From assembly GCF_000013905.1 (NCBI RefSeq), contig NC_007969.1, positions 2,370,001-2,402,000 on the forward strand: 32,000 nucleotides of DNA, given 5' to 3'. Position numbers and translations under genes: made by a program. The stretch is from Psychrobacter cryohalolentis K5 (lineage in GTDB: Bacteria; Pseudomonadota; Gammaproteobacteria; Pseudomonadales; Moraxellaceae). Each line of letters starts with the position of its first letter. The first letter of the stretch is position 1. A model generated the notes under the pieces. That model made no database searches. It saw nothing but the letters and a program-made list of their open reading frames with translations, and was not told the DNA's origin. Below, one piece after another: positions 8,627-18,427 of this stretch.

Positions 8627-9462
8627 TATTTTTGTTGACTTATATCAGCACCAAAGAATTCTTGGCTCAGTTTGGTGAGCGTTCCATCAGCGGCCAATGC
8701 TGCCATGGCTTCGTCTAATTTTGCCAATACCGCATCATCACCTTTTATCAATACCAATCCCGAACCGGTTTGCTCACTGACAGGGGCCGTCAATTTAATC
8801 TCAAGCGCCGCATCTGGGAATTTTTTTAGATAATCCAAAATGGCAAGATTGTCATTCATGGTAAAGTCAGCACGATCTTGTTTGACCAGCTGGATCGCTT
8901 GAGCCATACCATCAACAGGGATGACTTCAGCTTGATAACGCTCTGCAAGCTCACCATAGTTGCTGGTCAATGACTGAGCGCTACGCAGACCTTTTAAAGC
9001 CTCCCACGAGCTATAACGGTTATCATCTTTTGGCGCTAAAACCACTGCGCCCGACCAGCTATACGCTTGCGCTTTATCATATTTTGCTAAACGCTCAGGC
9101 GTGGTCAAGCTGACTTGGTTGGCAACCATATCAAAACGCTTGGCGTCCAAACCTGCGAGCATTGCATCCCATTGAGTTTCTTGAAACTCAACTTTAACGC
9201 CAAGTTTGTCAGCAACGGCACGCGTCACTTCGACATCATAGCCGGTCAGTTTGCCGCTCTCATCATGATAAGTGAATGGAGGATAAGTGCCTTCGGTACC
9301 GACGTTGATAGTGCCGCCGTTATTGATACGCTGTAGCAAATCAGAACCGCCACTTGCAGCGGTATCAGTTGCCTTGGTTTCAGCATCATTGGTAGGTGAT
9401 TGACCACAAGCGGCAAGCAATACGGTACTTGCGGCAAGGGCTAAAAGCGTGCGACGTTTCAT
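8626..9462 (-). CDS. Amino-acid ABC transporter substrate-binding lipoprotein, cystine-binding (TcyA/FliY)-like
   Basis: Lipobox LLAAC after a basic N-terminus. [25 protein letters not shown]...[12 protein letters not shown]...RFDMVANQV resembles family-3 SBPs of the cystine type as I remember them. AAGGA RBS. Confidence 0.85.
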   Translation of the reverse strand: MKRRTLLALAASTVLLAACGQSPTNDAETKATDTAASGGSDLLQRINNGGTINVGTEGTYPPFTYHDESGKLTGYDVEVTRAVADKLGVKVEFQETQWDAMLAGLDAKRFDMVANQVSLTTPERLAKYDKAQAYSWSGAVVLAPKDDNRYSSWEALKGLRSAQSLTSNYGELAERYQAEVIPVDGMAQAIQLVKQDRADFTMNDNLAILDYLKKFPDAALEIKLTAPVSEQTGSGLVLIKGDDAVLAKLDEAMAALAADGTLTKLSQEFFGADISQQK

Positions 9463-9549
9463 AAGACGTCCTTATCATAGTGAGTAAATAAAAGTGACTG
9501 AGTCAAATAAAGCAAAATATGTCCTGCCAATAAAACCGTACTGAAGAAT

Positions 9550-9577
9550 AAGCAGATATCATCATAAATATCTGCTT
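9550..9577 (-). terminator. Hairpin downstream of hutC (possible terminator)
   Basis: Perfect 10-bp stem AAGCAGATAT / ATATCTGCTT with an 8-nt loop. Flanks are T-rich in both orientations, but there is no clean U-tract. Confidence 0.4.
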
Positions 9578-9776
9578 GGTATTATTTGACTGTGACTGCT
9601 CAATTTGAGGATACACAGCATATTTTTCAATGCTGGTTTTATTTTATTCTTAAAAATTTGAGGCATTTTATGACAGATACTTATTCTAAATCCGCCCATT
9701 AAATACCTGCTCATGTGTATGTTAACGCAATTTAGAAAGAATAAACGTACAAAAATAGTGAATATGCGTAAGGTTG

Positions 9777-10559
9777 TTATAGTTCACCTGAAAACTGGTA
9801 CCGCTCACCTGCATGCCACATTTTGACAAAAGTCAGTACTTGACCCGCTGAGTAAGTTTGACGACAAAGTACCAATGTAGGCGACTGCGCGGTAATCTGT
9901 AATAACGCTGCAATCTCATCGGGTGCGGCTAGTGCTCGAATAGTATAGCTACCACGCTCCAGTGGGCTTTTTGCAATGAGATAATCACTGGTATTGACCA
10001 CGCTAAAATCTTGCTCGATAAACTCTGGAACCTTTAGAGCATCTACCCAACGCTCTTCAAACTGTATCGGCTGACCATCTGCAAAATGGATGATCTTAAC
10101 CTCATATAAAACAGCGGCTTCGCTATCAAGATTCTTGATGCTTCTAATGTCAGTAGCGTCTTTTAACTCAGACGATTTAATAGCCTTCTCAAGACCAAAT
10201 TTACGCCGTAGCTCATCATTGAGCATAGCAGCAGTAATGCCACGCTTACTGACAACTTTTGCTTGATAATCACGATTGGCAGACTTTAAATCTTGAGCGA
10301 TATTACGCACTTCTACAAACGTATGATTAAACTGCTGCTGCGCAACAAACGTCCCCGACCCTTGCCGGCGCTCCAATACTCGCTCTTCGCTCAATTCCTT
10401 TAAAGCACGGTTGACCGTCATACGAGAGACACCAAACTCTTCTGCCAACGCCATTTCGGTAGAAATCGCATTGCCCGCCTGCCATTTACCTGAATGAATA
10501 TTGTCCAATATCGCATTTTTAATGCGTTGATATGCCGGAATCGCCTTTATCGTATCCAT
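9777..10559 (-). CDS. hutC: Histidine utilisation repressor (GntR family, UTRA effector domain)
   Basis: N-terminal GntR wHTH (ISTEMALAEEFGVSRMTVNRALKELSEERVLERRQGSGTFVA) and a C-terminal UTRA-like domain. By eye it is collinear with Pseudomonas HutC. Divergent from hutU. Confidence 0.85.
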   Translation of the reverse strand: MDTIKAIPAYQRIKNAILDNIHSGKWQAGNAISTEMALAEEFGVSRMTVNRALKELSEERVLERRQGSGTFVAQQQFNHTFVEVRNIAQDLKSANRDYQAKVVSKRGITAAMLNDELRRKFGLEKAIKSSELKDATDIRSIKNLDSEAAVLYEVKIIHFADGQPIQFEERWVDALKVPEFIEQDFSVVNTSDYLIAKSPLERGSYTIRALAAPDEIAALLQITAQSPTLVLCRQTYSAGQVLTFVKMWHAGERYQFSGEL

Positions 10560-10696
10560 TTTTAACCGTTAGTTTTACCAATAAGAATAGCGTCATAGTA
10601 ACACGAGATAATCATACAAACCTCAGCAAAACCATATGGCAGCTGCATGTTTGTCTAATCACTCACAAAAATAATGCAGCAACAAAGAAAAAAAAC

Positions 10697-10725
10697 TTGC
10701 ATGAAAAAATGATTCCTGATAATTT
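10697..10725 (+). promoter_or_regulatory. Putative sigma70 promoter of the hutU operon (TTGCAT-17 nt-TAATTT)
   Basis: -35-like TTGCAT at 10697-10702, a 17-nt spacer, and -10-like TAATTT at 10720-10725. Confidence 0.4.
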
Positions 10726-10735
10726 GTATATACAA
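10724..10735. promoter_or_regulatory. HutC-type operator, perfect palindrome TTGTATATACAA (TGTA-N2-TACA)
   Basis: 12-bp perfect palindrome in the hutC/hutU divergent region, overlapping the -10 element. It matches the TGTA-N2-TACA core reported for HutC operators. Confidence 0.6.
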
Positions 10736-10828
10736 CTTTACGGCAGTATTAGTAAATTTAGCAAACTGACCGTATAAGACTCACTTTGATTGCCATATTG
10801 CCTCAACAGATATCATAAGGATAGGATC

Positions 10829-12547
10829 ATGACTACTGATAATGGATTGAACAAAACTTCTGCATATACTCGCCGTGACGAGAGTCGCAATATCGCGGCG
10901 CCAACTGGCAGTACGCTACACTGTAAAAGCTGGCTGACCGAAGCCCCTTATCGTATGTTACAAAACAACCTACATCCTGATGTGGCTGAAAATCCAAAAA
11001 GCTTGGTCGTTTATGGCGGTATCGGACGCGCAGCCCGTAATTGGGAAAGCTATGATCAAATTTTAGCGTCACTTAAAGAATTAGAGGACGATGAAACCTT
11101 ATTGGTGCAATCTGGCAAACCAGTTGGCGTTTTTCAAACCCATGAAAATGCGCCGCGCGTATTGATTGCCAACTCCAACCTTGTCCCGCGCTGGGCAACA
11201 TGGGAGCATTTCAACGAGCTCGATCGTAAAGACTTGTTCATGTACGGTCAAATGACTGCGGGCAGCTGGATTTATATCGGCACCCAAGGCATCGTTCAAG
11301 GCACTTATGAAACCTTTGTCGAAGCTGGTCGTCAGCATTACGACGGTAGCTGGGCAGGACGTTGGATTTTGACTGCTGGCCTTGGTGGTATGGGCGGCGC
11401 GCAGCCATTGGCAGCGACCTTTGCTGGAGCCACCTCTTTAAATATAGAGTGTCAGCAGTCTAGTATTGATTTCCGTTTGCGTACGGGCTACGTCGATAAA
11501 CAAGCTGACAATCTTGATCATGCCTATGAGCTGATTAAGCAACATACTGCAGCTGGTGAAGCCGTCTCAATCGCCCTACTTGGTAATGCAGCAGACATCT
11601 TGCCTGAGATGGTAAAGCGTGCCAATGCAGGCGAAATCAAACCTGATTTGGTCACCGATCAAACCTCCGCCCATGATTTGATTAATGGCTATCTACCAAG
11701 TGGTTGGACAGTTAAAGAATGGAAAGCCGCTCAAGAAAACCCAGAGCAACACGCTGATCTAACCAAAGCCGCTGCTCAGTCTTGTGCGGTACACGTACAG
11801 GCAATGCTAGATTTACAAGAGATGGACATCCCAACGACCGATTATGGCAATAACATCCGTCAGGTGGCGTTTGATGAAGGCGTAAAAAATGCCTTTAATT
11901 TCCCAGGTTTTGTCCCTGCGTATATTCGTCCGCTGTTTTGCCAAGGCAAAGGCCCATTCCGCTGGGTAGCGTTATCAGGTGATCCAGAAGATATCTATAA
12001 GACCGATCAAAAAATCAAAGAGCTATTCCCTGAAAATCAGCACATTCATCGCTGGCTCGATATGGCAAAAGAGCGCATTCAGTTCCAAGGTCTGCCAGCA
12101 CGTATCTGTTGGTTAGGTCTAGGTGAGCGTGATAAAGCAGGTCTTGCCTTCAATGAGATGGTCAAAAACGGCGAGCTTAAAGGTCCTATCGTCATTGGTC
12201 GTGACCATTTAGATACTGGCTCTGTTGCCAGCCCAAACCGCGAAACAGAAAGTATGAAAGATGGCTCAGATGCGGTATCGGATTGGGCATTATTAAACGG
12301 TATGCTGAATGTCGCAGGCGGCGCCACGTGGGTATCATTACATCATGGCGGCGGTGTTGGTATGGGCTACTCGCAGCACTCTGGCATGGTTATCGTCGCT
12401 GACGGTACGGACGCTGCAGCCAAGCGCTTAGCTCGGGTACTGGTCAACGATTGTGGTTCTGGCGTTATGCGTCATGCCGATGCTGGCTATGAGTTGGCGA
12501 TTAAAACTGCTAAGGATTACGGTCTAAATCTTCCTATGATTAAGTAA
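10829..12547 (+). CDS. hutU: Urocanate hydratase
   Basis: Highly conserved urocanase sequence ([37 protein letters not shown]). I prefer the ATG at 10829, which has an AAGGA RBS at 10817-10821, over the TTG at 10790 used in the track. Confidence 0.95.
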   Translation: MTTDNGLNKTSAYTRRDESRNIAAPTGSTLHCKSWLTEAPYRMLQNNLHPDVAENPKSLVVYGGIGRAARNWESYDQILASLKELEDDETLLVQSGKPVGVFQTHENAPRVLIANSNLVPRWATWEHFNELDRKDLFMYGQMTAGSWIYIGTQGIVQGTYETFVEAGRQHYDGSWAGRWILTAGLGGMGGAQPLAATFAGATSLNIECQQSSIDFRLRTGYVDKQADNLDHAYELIKQHTAAGEAVSIALLGNAADILPEMVKRANAGEIKPDLVTDQTSAHDLINGYLPSGWTVKEWKAAQENPEQHADLTKAAAQSCAVHVQAMLDLQEMDIPTTDYGNNIRQVAFDEGVKNAFNFPGFVPAYIRPLFCQGKGPFRWVALSGDPEDIYKTDQKIKELFPENQHIHRWLDMAKERIQFQGLPARICWLGLGERDKAGLAFNEMVKNGELKGPIVIGRDHLDTGSVASPNRETESMKDGSDAVSDWALLNGMLNVAGGATWVSLHHGGGVGMGYSQHSGMVIVADGTDAAAKRLARVLVNDCGSGVMRHADAGYELAIKTAKDYGLNLPMIK

Positions 12548-12593
12548 TTCTCCATAGACACATAGATTACATGATTTTATCAAGGAAGATAAT

Positions 12594-13976
12594 ATGACCA
12601 AGCAAGATACCCTACAACTAGAGAAAACTGAGCAAGTTGTTAACACCGTGTCCGATACGACAACGCCAGAGACATTACTGTCAAAACCCATTGCACTACT
12701 GCAATTGACTGTCTTCAGTATGATCGGTTTGGTGATGTTTTTTGTGCCATTTACCATTGGTGAAAAAAGTACAATTTTGTTCGACCATGGTGCAACTTAT
12801 CTGGTCAATCAGCAACATACTTTATCTGTAACTTTGTTATTTATGCTGATGATATTTGGAGTAAGTAAACCGTTTATTGATGGTTCATGGCGCAAAAACA
12901 TCACCCATAAAATCCTAACTGTCTTTAAAGTACTGGGACTGGTATTAGCTGTGATGTATATCACTGGTAACGCTCCAGCCTTTATGATGGAAAAGGATAT
13001 GCTGCCATTTTTATTTGAAAAACTGGCGCTACCCGTTGGTATGATTGTGCCGCTTGGGGCTTTGATTCTGGCGTTTTTAGTGGGTTTTGGTTTGCTTGAG
13101 ATGGTTGGCGTGCTGATGCAGCCGATTATGAAACCTATCTGGAAAACGCCGGGTGCATCAGCGATTGATGCAGTTGCCTCTTTTGTTGGCAGTTATTCGA
13201 TTGGGCTGTTAATTACCAATCGTGTGTATCTGCAAAAGCAATATTCTGCGCGTGAAGCCATTATCATTGCGACCGGTTTTTCGACTGTATCAGCCGCGTT
13301 TATGGTAATTGTTGCCAAAACACTGGGATTGATGGAATTTTGGAATCTGTTTTTTTGGTCAACGCTAGTGATTACCTTTATTGTCACCGCTATCACTGCC
13401 CGTATTCCACCAATTAGTCAGTTTGATAATGAGGTTGAGCGTCCAAATTTAGACTACAAAAGAGGCACGCGTCTAAAAGCGGCATATGAGCTAGGTTTGT
13501 CTACGTCACGCCGTGCATCAGATTTTAAACAGATTCTATGGACCAACTTTCGTGATGGCTTGACAATGGCAGCCGCTATTGTGCCCTCTATTATCGCCGT
13601 TGGACTCACTGGTTTATTATTGGCCAAGTACACGCCAGTATTTGACGCTTTAGGTTTACTGCTTTACCCCTTTACCTGGTTGGGCGGTTTGCCAGAGCCG
13701 CTCGTCGCTGCCAAAGGCATGTCTGCGGGATTGGCTGAGATGTTCTTGCCCGCATTATTGCTCAGTGAAGCGGATATGTTGACCCGTTATGTCGCAGGCG
13801 TCATCTCTATTAGCAGTGTGCTGTTCTTTTCTGCCATGATTCCTTGTGTCCTAGCAACTGAGATTCCTATCTCTGTTGGAAAAATGGTCATCGTTTGGTT
13901 CCAGCGTGTAGCACTTAGTATCTTACTGGCAGCAGCTTTTGGACATTTGGCAATGTCTTTTGGTTGGATAAGTTAG
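12594..13976 (+). CDS. Polytopic membrane protein with nucleoside-recognition (GATE) domains, YjiH/COG3314-like; candidate histidine or urocanate transporter
   Basis: 460 aa with about 10-12 hydrophobic segments. The motif GASAIDAVASFVGSYSIGLLITNRVY...AREAIIIATGFSTVSAAFM resembles COG3314 proteins as I remember them. AAGGAAG RBS. Sits between hutU and hutH. Confidence 0.65.
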   Translation: MTKQDTLQLEKTEQVVNTVSDTTTPETLLSKPIALLQLTVFSMIGLVMFFVPFTIGEKSTILFDHGATYLVNQQHTLSVTLLFMLMIFGVSKPFIDGSWRKNITHKILTVFKVLGLVLAVMYITGNAPAFMMEKDMLPFLFEKLALPVGMIVPLGALILAFLVGFGLLEMVGVLMQPIMKPIWKTPGASAIDAVASFVGSYSIGLLITNRVYLQKQYSAREAIIIATGFSTVSAAFMVIVAKTLGLMEFWNLFFWSTLVITFIVTAITARIPPISQFDNEVERPNLDYKRGTRLKAAYELGLSTSRRASDFKQILWTNFRDGLTMAAAIVPSIIAVGLTGLLLAKYTPVFDALGLLLYPFTWLGGLPEPLVAAKGMSAGLAEMFLPALLLSEADMLTRYVAGVISISSVLFFSAMIPCVLATEIPISVGKMVIVWFQRVALSILLAAAFGHLAMSFGWIS

Positions 13977-14066
13977 GATAGATTGCACCTATTAATACAA
14001 GCACAACATCAATACCCCACCATATTATAAATACAGCTAATAACATTTAACACTAGGATTACCATC

Positions 14067-15629
14067 ATGACTGCTATCAAAAAATTAACCCTACAGCCAC
14101 GTCAGCTTAGCTTTGAGATACTACGCGATATCTATGAACAGCCCGTCATATTGACCTTGCCTGATAGCGCTTATGAGGCAATAGATGCCTCACACGAAGA
14201 TGTACAAACGATTATCCGCCGTGATAAAAGCGCTTATGGTATCAATACCGGTTTTGGTCTGTTGGCAAAAACCCGTATCAGTGATGATCAATTAGAATTA
14301 CTACAGCGCAATCTTATCGTGTCTCACTCTGTGGGCACTGGCGAAGCATTACCAGCCAACGTGGTTCGACTGATTATGGTAATGAAGGTCACCAGTTTGG
14401 CACAAGGCGTTTCTGGTGTCCGCCGCGCCGTGGTCGACAGCTTACTGGGCTTAATTAATAACCAAATTACCCCAAACATCCCTGCCAAAGGCTCAGTTGG
14501 CGCTTCAGGAGATCTCGCACCTTTATCGCATATGACACTGGCGATGATGGGCGAAGGTCATGTTTATGTTGATGGTAACAAAGTACTGGCCGCTGATGCT
14601 TTAGCACAGCATGGTCTTGAGCCAATCACCCTTGCGGCAAAAGAAGGTCTTGCCCTGATTAATGGCACTCAAGTATCCACCGCACTGGCACTACGTGGTT
14701 ATTTCTTAGCACGTGATTTGCTTGAGACAGCAACCATCGTCGGCTCACTGTCTATCGATGCGGCTAAAGGCTCAGATGCGCCATTTGATGCGCGTATTCA
14801 TGAAGTACGTGGTCATCATGGTCAAATTGAAATCGCCAAAGCACACCGTCAGCTCATTAAAGGCAGTGCCATTCGCGCCTCACACGATGGCGAGCAAGAC
14901 GACAGAGTACAAGATCCTTACTGCCTGCGTTGCCAGCCACAAGTGATGGGCGCTTGCCTCGATATCATCAATCAAGCAGGCAAGACGCTATTGATTGAAT
15001 CTAATGCTGTAACCGATAATCCACTTATCTTTAACAATGAAGACGGTCCAGTTGCCATCTCAGGTGGTAACTTCCATGCTGAGCCAGTGGCTTTTGCTGC
15101 TGATATTTTAGCCTTAGCGATTGCTGAGATTGGTTCTATGTCTGAGCGCCGTATCGCTTTGCTGATCGATGCTACTCTGTCAGGTGGTTTGCCGCCATTC
15201 TTAGTGGATAATGCTGGGGTCAACTCAGGCTTTATGATTGCCCATGTCACTGCAGCAGCGCTCGCTTCAGAGAATAAATCTATCGCCCATCCCGGTAGTG
15301 TCGACAGCATTCCAACTTCTGCCAATCAAGAAGATCATGTGTCGATGGCAACTTATTGCGCCCGTCGCTTATATGAGATGGCGCAAAATACCGCCACCAT
15401 TATCGGTATTGAGCTCTTGGCTGCTGGTCAAGGTATCGATTTCCATCGCGGGTTAGAGACCTCAGAGCCTTTGACTATGGCACATCAGAAACTTCGCGAG
15501 CAAGTGACCTTTTATGATAAAGATCGTTACCTAGCCCCTGATATCGAAGCGGCAAAGCAGCTGGTATTAGATGGTACACTTGCTGAGCATTGGCAGCCAT
15601 TGCGTAGTAATTGGTACGACTCTAAATAA
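14067..15629 (+). CDS. hutH: Histidine ammonia-lyase
   Basis: MIO-forming [11 protein letters not shown] motif, plus [13 protein letters not shown] and NFHAEP. Confidence 0.95.
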
Positions 15630-15656
15630 AGGCTGATTGCAAAAAGGAATCTGGCG

Positions 15657-16748
15657 ATGACAGCTCTAACAAATAAAGCAGTAAGCACGATTACCCATAC
15701 AGAAGCCGTGAGCCATACGGTAGCTGATATGAGTCGCTGGACAGGACGTGCGGAGCCGTTTGAGACAGCTCGCGCTCGTTACTGGTATCAGTTGGCTCAG
15801 CATTATGCCTTTGATAGCACCAGTCAGCAAAACGGCCAGCGTATTGGGCTGGTCGGTTTCGCTTGTGACCAAGGTGTCAGGCGCAATCAAGGACGTGTGG
15901 GCGCAAAAGCCGCACCGCCATTGATTCGTCAGGCGTTTGCTGCGCTGCCAGTCATCGCTGAGCTACAACAACGTTTTGATGGTCAATTGCCAACCTTATT
16001 GGGTGATGCTGGCGATATCCATTGTCATGATAATGATGATTTTGCCGCAAACATGCTAGAACAAGCACAACTCAATTATGCCGATAAGGTAAGCCAGATT
16101 ATCAAGCAAGGCGGCTTACCCATCGGTCTTGGCGGTGGTCATGCTATTGCTTATGGTAGCTTTTTAGGATTGTGGCAAGCTCTACAGCAGACAGACACTA
16201 ATAGTGATACAGATGCGCTACCGCGTATTGGCATTATCAATTTTGATGCGCATCTGGACATTCGTCAGTCTGATGTCGCTACCTCGGGTACGCCATTTCG
16301 ACAAATTGCCGAGCATCTTGACGAGCAAGGTCAGCCATTTAATTATTGTTGTATTGGCGTCAGTCGTTTCTCTAACACCGCTGCGCTCTTTGATCGTGCT
16401 GAGCAATTGGGCGTGGATATCATCAGTGATGAAGATTGTACCAATAAAAAATGGAAGAAAATCGCAGCTCAAATTGCAGATTTTATCGAGAGCGTTGATA
16501 TTATTTATTTAACCATTGATATGGATTGCTTACCATCAAGCGTCGTACCCGGCGTTAGTGCGCCAGCCGCCTACGGTATTGAGCTCAGTTTCGTTGAGCG
16601 TGCAGTCAAACTTATCTTATGCTCAGGTAAGGTAAAAGTAGCCGATATTGCTGAGATTAACCCTACTTTTGATATTGATTCGCGTAGCTGCAAAGTTGCC
16701 GCTCGTCTTTTAGCTACTATTATCGAGCAGCATTTACTGAATTTATAG
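15657..16748 (+). CDS. hutG: Formimidoylglutamase (arginase/ureohydrolase fold)
   Basis: Arginase-family metal motifs GGGHAIA, INFDAHLDIR and LTIDMDCL. AAGGAA RBS. hut operon context. Confidence 0.85.
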   Translation: MTALTNKAVSTITHTEAVSHTVADMSRWTGRAEPFETARARYWYQLAQHYAFDSTSQQNGQRIGLVGFACDQGVRRNQGRVGAKAAPPLIRQAFAALPVIAELQQRFDGQLPTLLGDAGDIHCHDNDDFAANMLEQAQLNYADKVSQIIKQGGLPIGLGGGHAIAYGSFLGLWQALQQTDTNSDTDALPRIGIINFDAHLDIRQSDVATSGTPFRQIAEHLDEQGQPFNYCCIGVSRFSNTAALFDRAEQLGVDIISDEDCTNKKWKKIAAQIADFIESVDIIYLTIDMDCLPSSVVPGVSAPAAYGIELSFVERAVKLILCSGKVKVADIAEINPTFDIDSRSCKVAARLLATIIEQHLLNL

Positions 16749-16825
16749 ATAAAGGTTTATAAGTTTAACTTTAGAAATGAATTTTATATATTTACCTGAT
16801 TATCAGTGTTAAGCAGGAGCTTATT

Positions 16826-18163
16826 ATGAACAACTCTAGCGAACAGATACTTGACGACTCTATCAATACTACCGATGCTATGGATGCCTTAACAACGTTT
16901 GACCATATTATTATCAATGCCAATCTTGCGACTTTTTCAGCGCAATATGGTTTCGATACTTATGCTGACAATAAAGACAGTATATCCGCAGCCGCAAAAA
17001 GCACGCCTTATGGTCAATTAGAAAACGCTGCTATCGGCATCAAAGACAGCAAAATTGCATGGATTGGGGCGCATACGCAAATAACACCCTATCTCACGCA
17101 TTATCAAAGTCAGCAAATCACTGACGCTGATGGTCATTGGATAACGCCTGGATTGATAGATTGCCATACTCATATCGTCTATGGCGGCAACCGCAGCAAT
17201 GAGTTTGAAGCGCGTCTACACGGTGCCAACTATCAAGATATTGCTGCCCAAGGTGGCGGTATTGTCTCAACAGTTCGTTCCACTCGCGAAGCCAATATCG
17301 AAGAATTGTTTGCACAAAGTGAAAAACGCCTGCTGGCGCTTGTCAAAGAAGGTGTGACCAGTATCGAGATTAAATCTGGTTATGGACTAGACTTAAAAAC
17401 TGAACGTAAAATGCTAAAAGTTGCCCGCGCACTCGGTGACAAACACAACATTCATGTCAGCACCACTTATTTAGCTGCTCATGCCCTACCACCTGAATAC
17501 AAAGATCGTGTCGATGACTATATTGAGCAAGTTTGCCAGTGGTTACCAATCTTGCATAGCGAGGGCTTGGTCGATGCAGTCGATGGCTTTTGTGAAAATA
17601 TCGCTTTTACTACTGAGCAGATTAAGCGCGTCTTTGAAGTCGCACGCTCATTAAACTTACCGGTGAAACTGCATTCTGAACAACTATCAAATATAGGCGC
17701 TAGCGCCTTAGTTGCTGAATATCAAGGATTATCAAGCGACCATCTTGAGCACTTAGTAGAAGACGATATCAAAAAAATGGCAACAAGCAACACCGTTGCT
17801 GTGCTGTTGCCAGGCGCGTTTTATACCCTACGTGATACCAAGTTGCCACCGATCGAAGAACTGCGTAAACATCAAGTACCAATGGCAATTTCGACTGACT
17901 GTAATCCAGGTACCTCACCGCTGACCTCACTGCTATTAGCGATGAATATGGGCTGTACGCTATTTTATATGACCCCTGAAGAAGTATTGGCAGGGGCAAC
18001 GGTTCATGCTGCTCAAGCGTTAGGTCTAGCTCATAAAGGGCGTATAGAAGTGGGCTGTGATGCGGATTTGGCGCTTTGGGATATCACTCGCCCTGCTGAT
18101 TTAGCCTATCAAATGGGGCTAAATCCTATTGAAGGTATTATGATCAAAGGTGCATGGCGTTAA
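16826..18163 (+). CDS. hutI: Imidazolonepropionase
   Basis: Amidohydrolase motifs GLIDCHTHIVYGGNR, KLHSEQL and ISTDCNPGTSP. AGGAG RBS. Confidence 0.95.
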   Translation: MNNSSEQILDDSINTTDAMDALTTFDHIIINANLATFSAQYGFDTYADNKDSISAAAKSTPYGQLENAAIGIKDSKIAWIGAHTQITPYLTHYQSQQITDADGHWITPGLIDCHTHIVYGGNRSNEFEARLHGANYQDIAAQGGGIVSTVRSTREANIEELFAQSEKRLLALVKEGVTSIEIKSGYGLDLKTERKMLKVARALGDKHNIHVSTTYLAAHALPPEYKDRVDDYIEQVCQWLPILHSEGLVDAVDGFCENIAFTTEQIKRVFEVARSLNLPVKLHSEQLSNIGASALVAEYQGLSSDHLEHLVEDDIKKMATSNTVAVLLPGAFYTLRDTKLPPIEELRKHQVPMAISTDCNPGTSPLTSLLLAMNMGCTLFYMTPEEVLAGATVHAAQALGLAHKGRIEVGCDADLALWDITRPADLAYQMGLNPIEGIMIKGAWR

Positions 18164-18203
18164 ACTTTACCACTCGTGTTTGACCACGCTCTTTTAAATC
18201 CTA

Positions 18204-18240
18204 AAAAGCCCTAATCAATGAATGATTGGGGCTTTTGGTT
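18204..18240 (+). terminator. Rho-independent terminator of the hut operon
   Basis: AAAAGCCCTAATCA / TGATTGGGGCTTTT hairpin followed by T-rich sequence. Confidence 0.7.
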
Positions 18241-18293
18241 TATGAAAAGAACTTATGTCTTATATTGAGTTCAATATAAAAGAGTTACGTTCG

Positions 18294-18385
18294 GAATAGC
18301 ATTATGCTGGGATAAATTTCTCTCGCTTGCTGTGCGCTTCGCACTCCAGAGGCTTCGCAAAATTTATCCCAACAGTACTGTATTC
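18294..18385. repeat. About 92-bp inverted-repeat (MITE/REP-like) element in the hutI-gdhA convergent spacer
   Basis: Perfect 11-bp arms GGGATAAATTT (18309-18319) and AAATTTATCCC (18360-18370), extendable to 15/16 (18304-18319 / 18360-18375). Weaker outer matches end in GAATA/TATTC. An inner GTGCG-CTT-CGCAC mini-hairpin is present. Confidence 0.4.
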
Positions 18386-18427
18386 TTTTTAAATTGAATC
18401 GACTGTAGTATGATCTATAAACCGCTC

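Noticed and set aside
7072-9462. The ABC importer next to hutC as the histidine uptake system of the hut regulon.
   Set aside because: No TGTA-N2-TACA site is visible in its upstream region (9463-9776). A hairpin separates it from hutC, and the binding protein looks cystine-type rather than HisJ-type. The linkage is probably coincidental, although this is untested.
10532-10777. 81-aa plus-strand ORF spanning the hutC start and the hutC/hutU intergenic region.
   Set aside because: It overlaps the hutC N-terminus antisense and then runs through the promoter/operator region. It has no RBS, and its translation looks like AT-rich intergenic sequence.
10790-10828. TTG-initiated 13-codon N-terminal extension of hutU given in the ORF track.
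   Set aside because: The ATG at 10829 has a well-spaced AAGGA RBS and gives a normal-length urocanase. The extension ([13 protein letters not shown]) has no counterpart in the urocanases I know.
7012-18240. The two terminators at 7012-7052 and 18204-18240 share AAAAAGCCC and TTGGGGCTTTT, which suggested a dispersed repeat family.
   Set aside because: The shared parts are exactly what any A-tract/GC-stem/T-tract terminator requires. The loops and inner stems differ. Only two copies are visible, so convergence is the simpler explanation.
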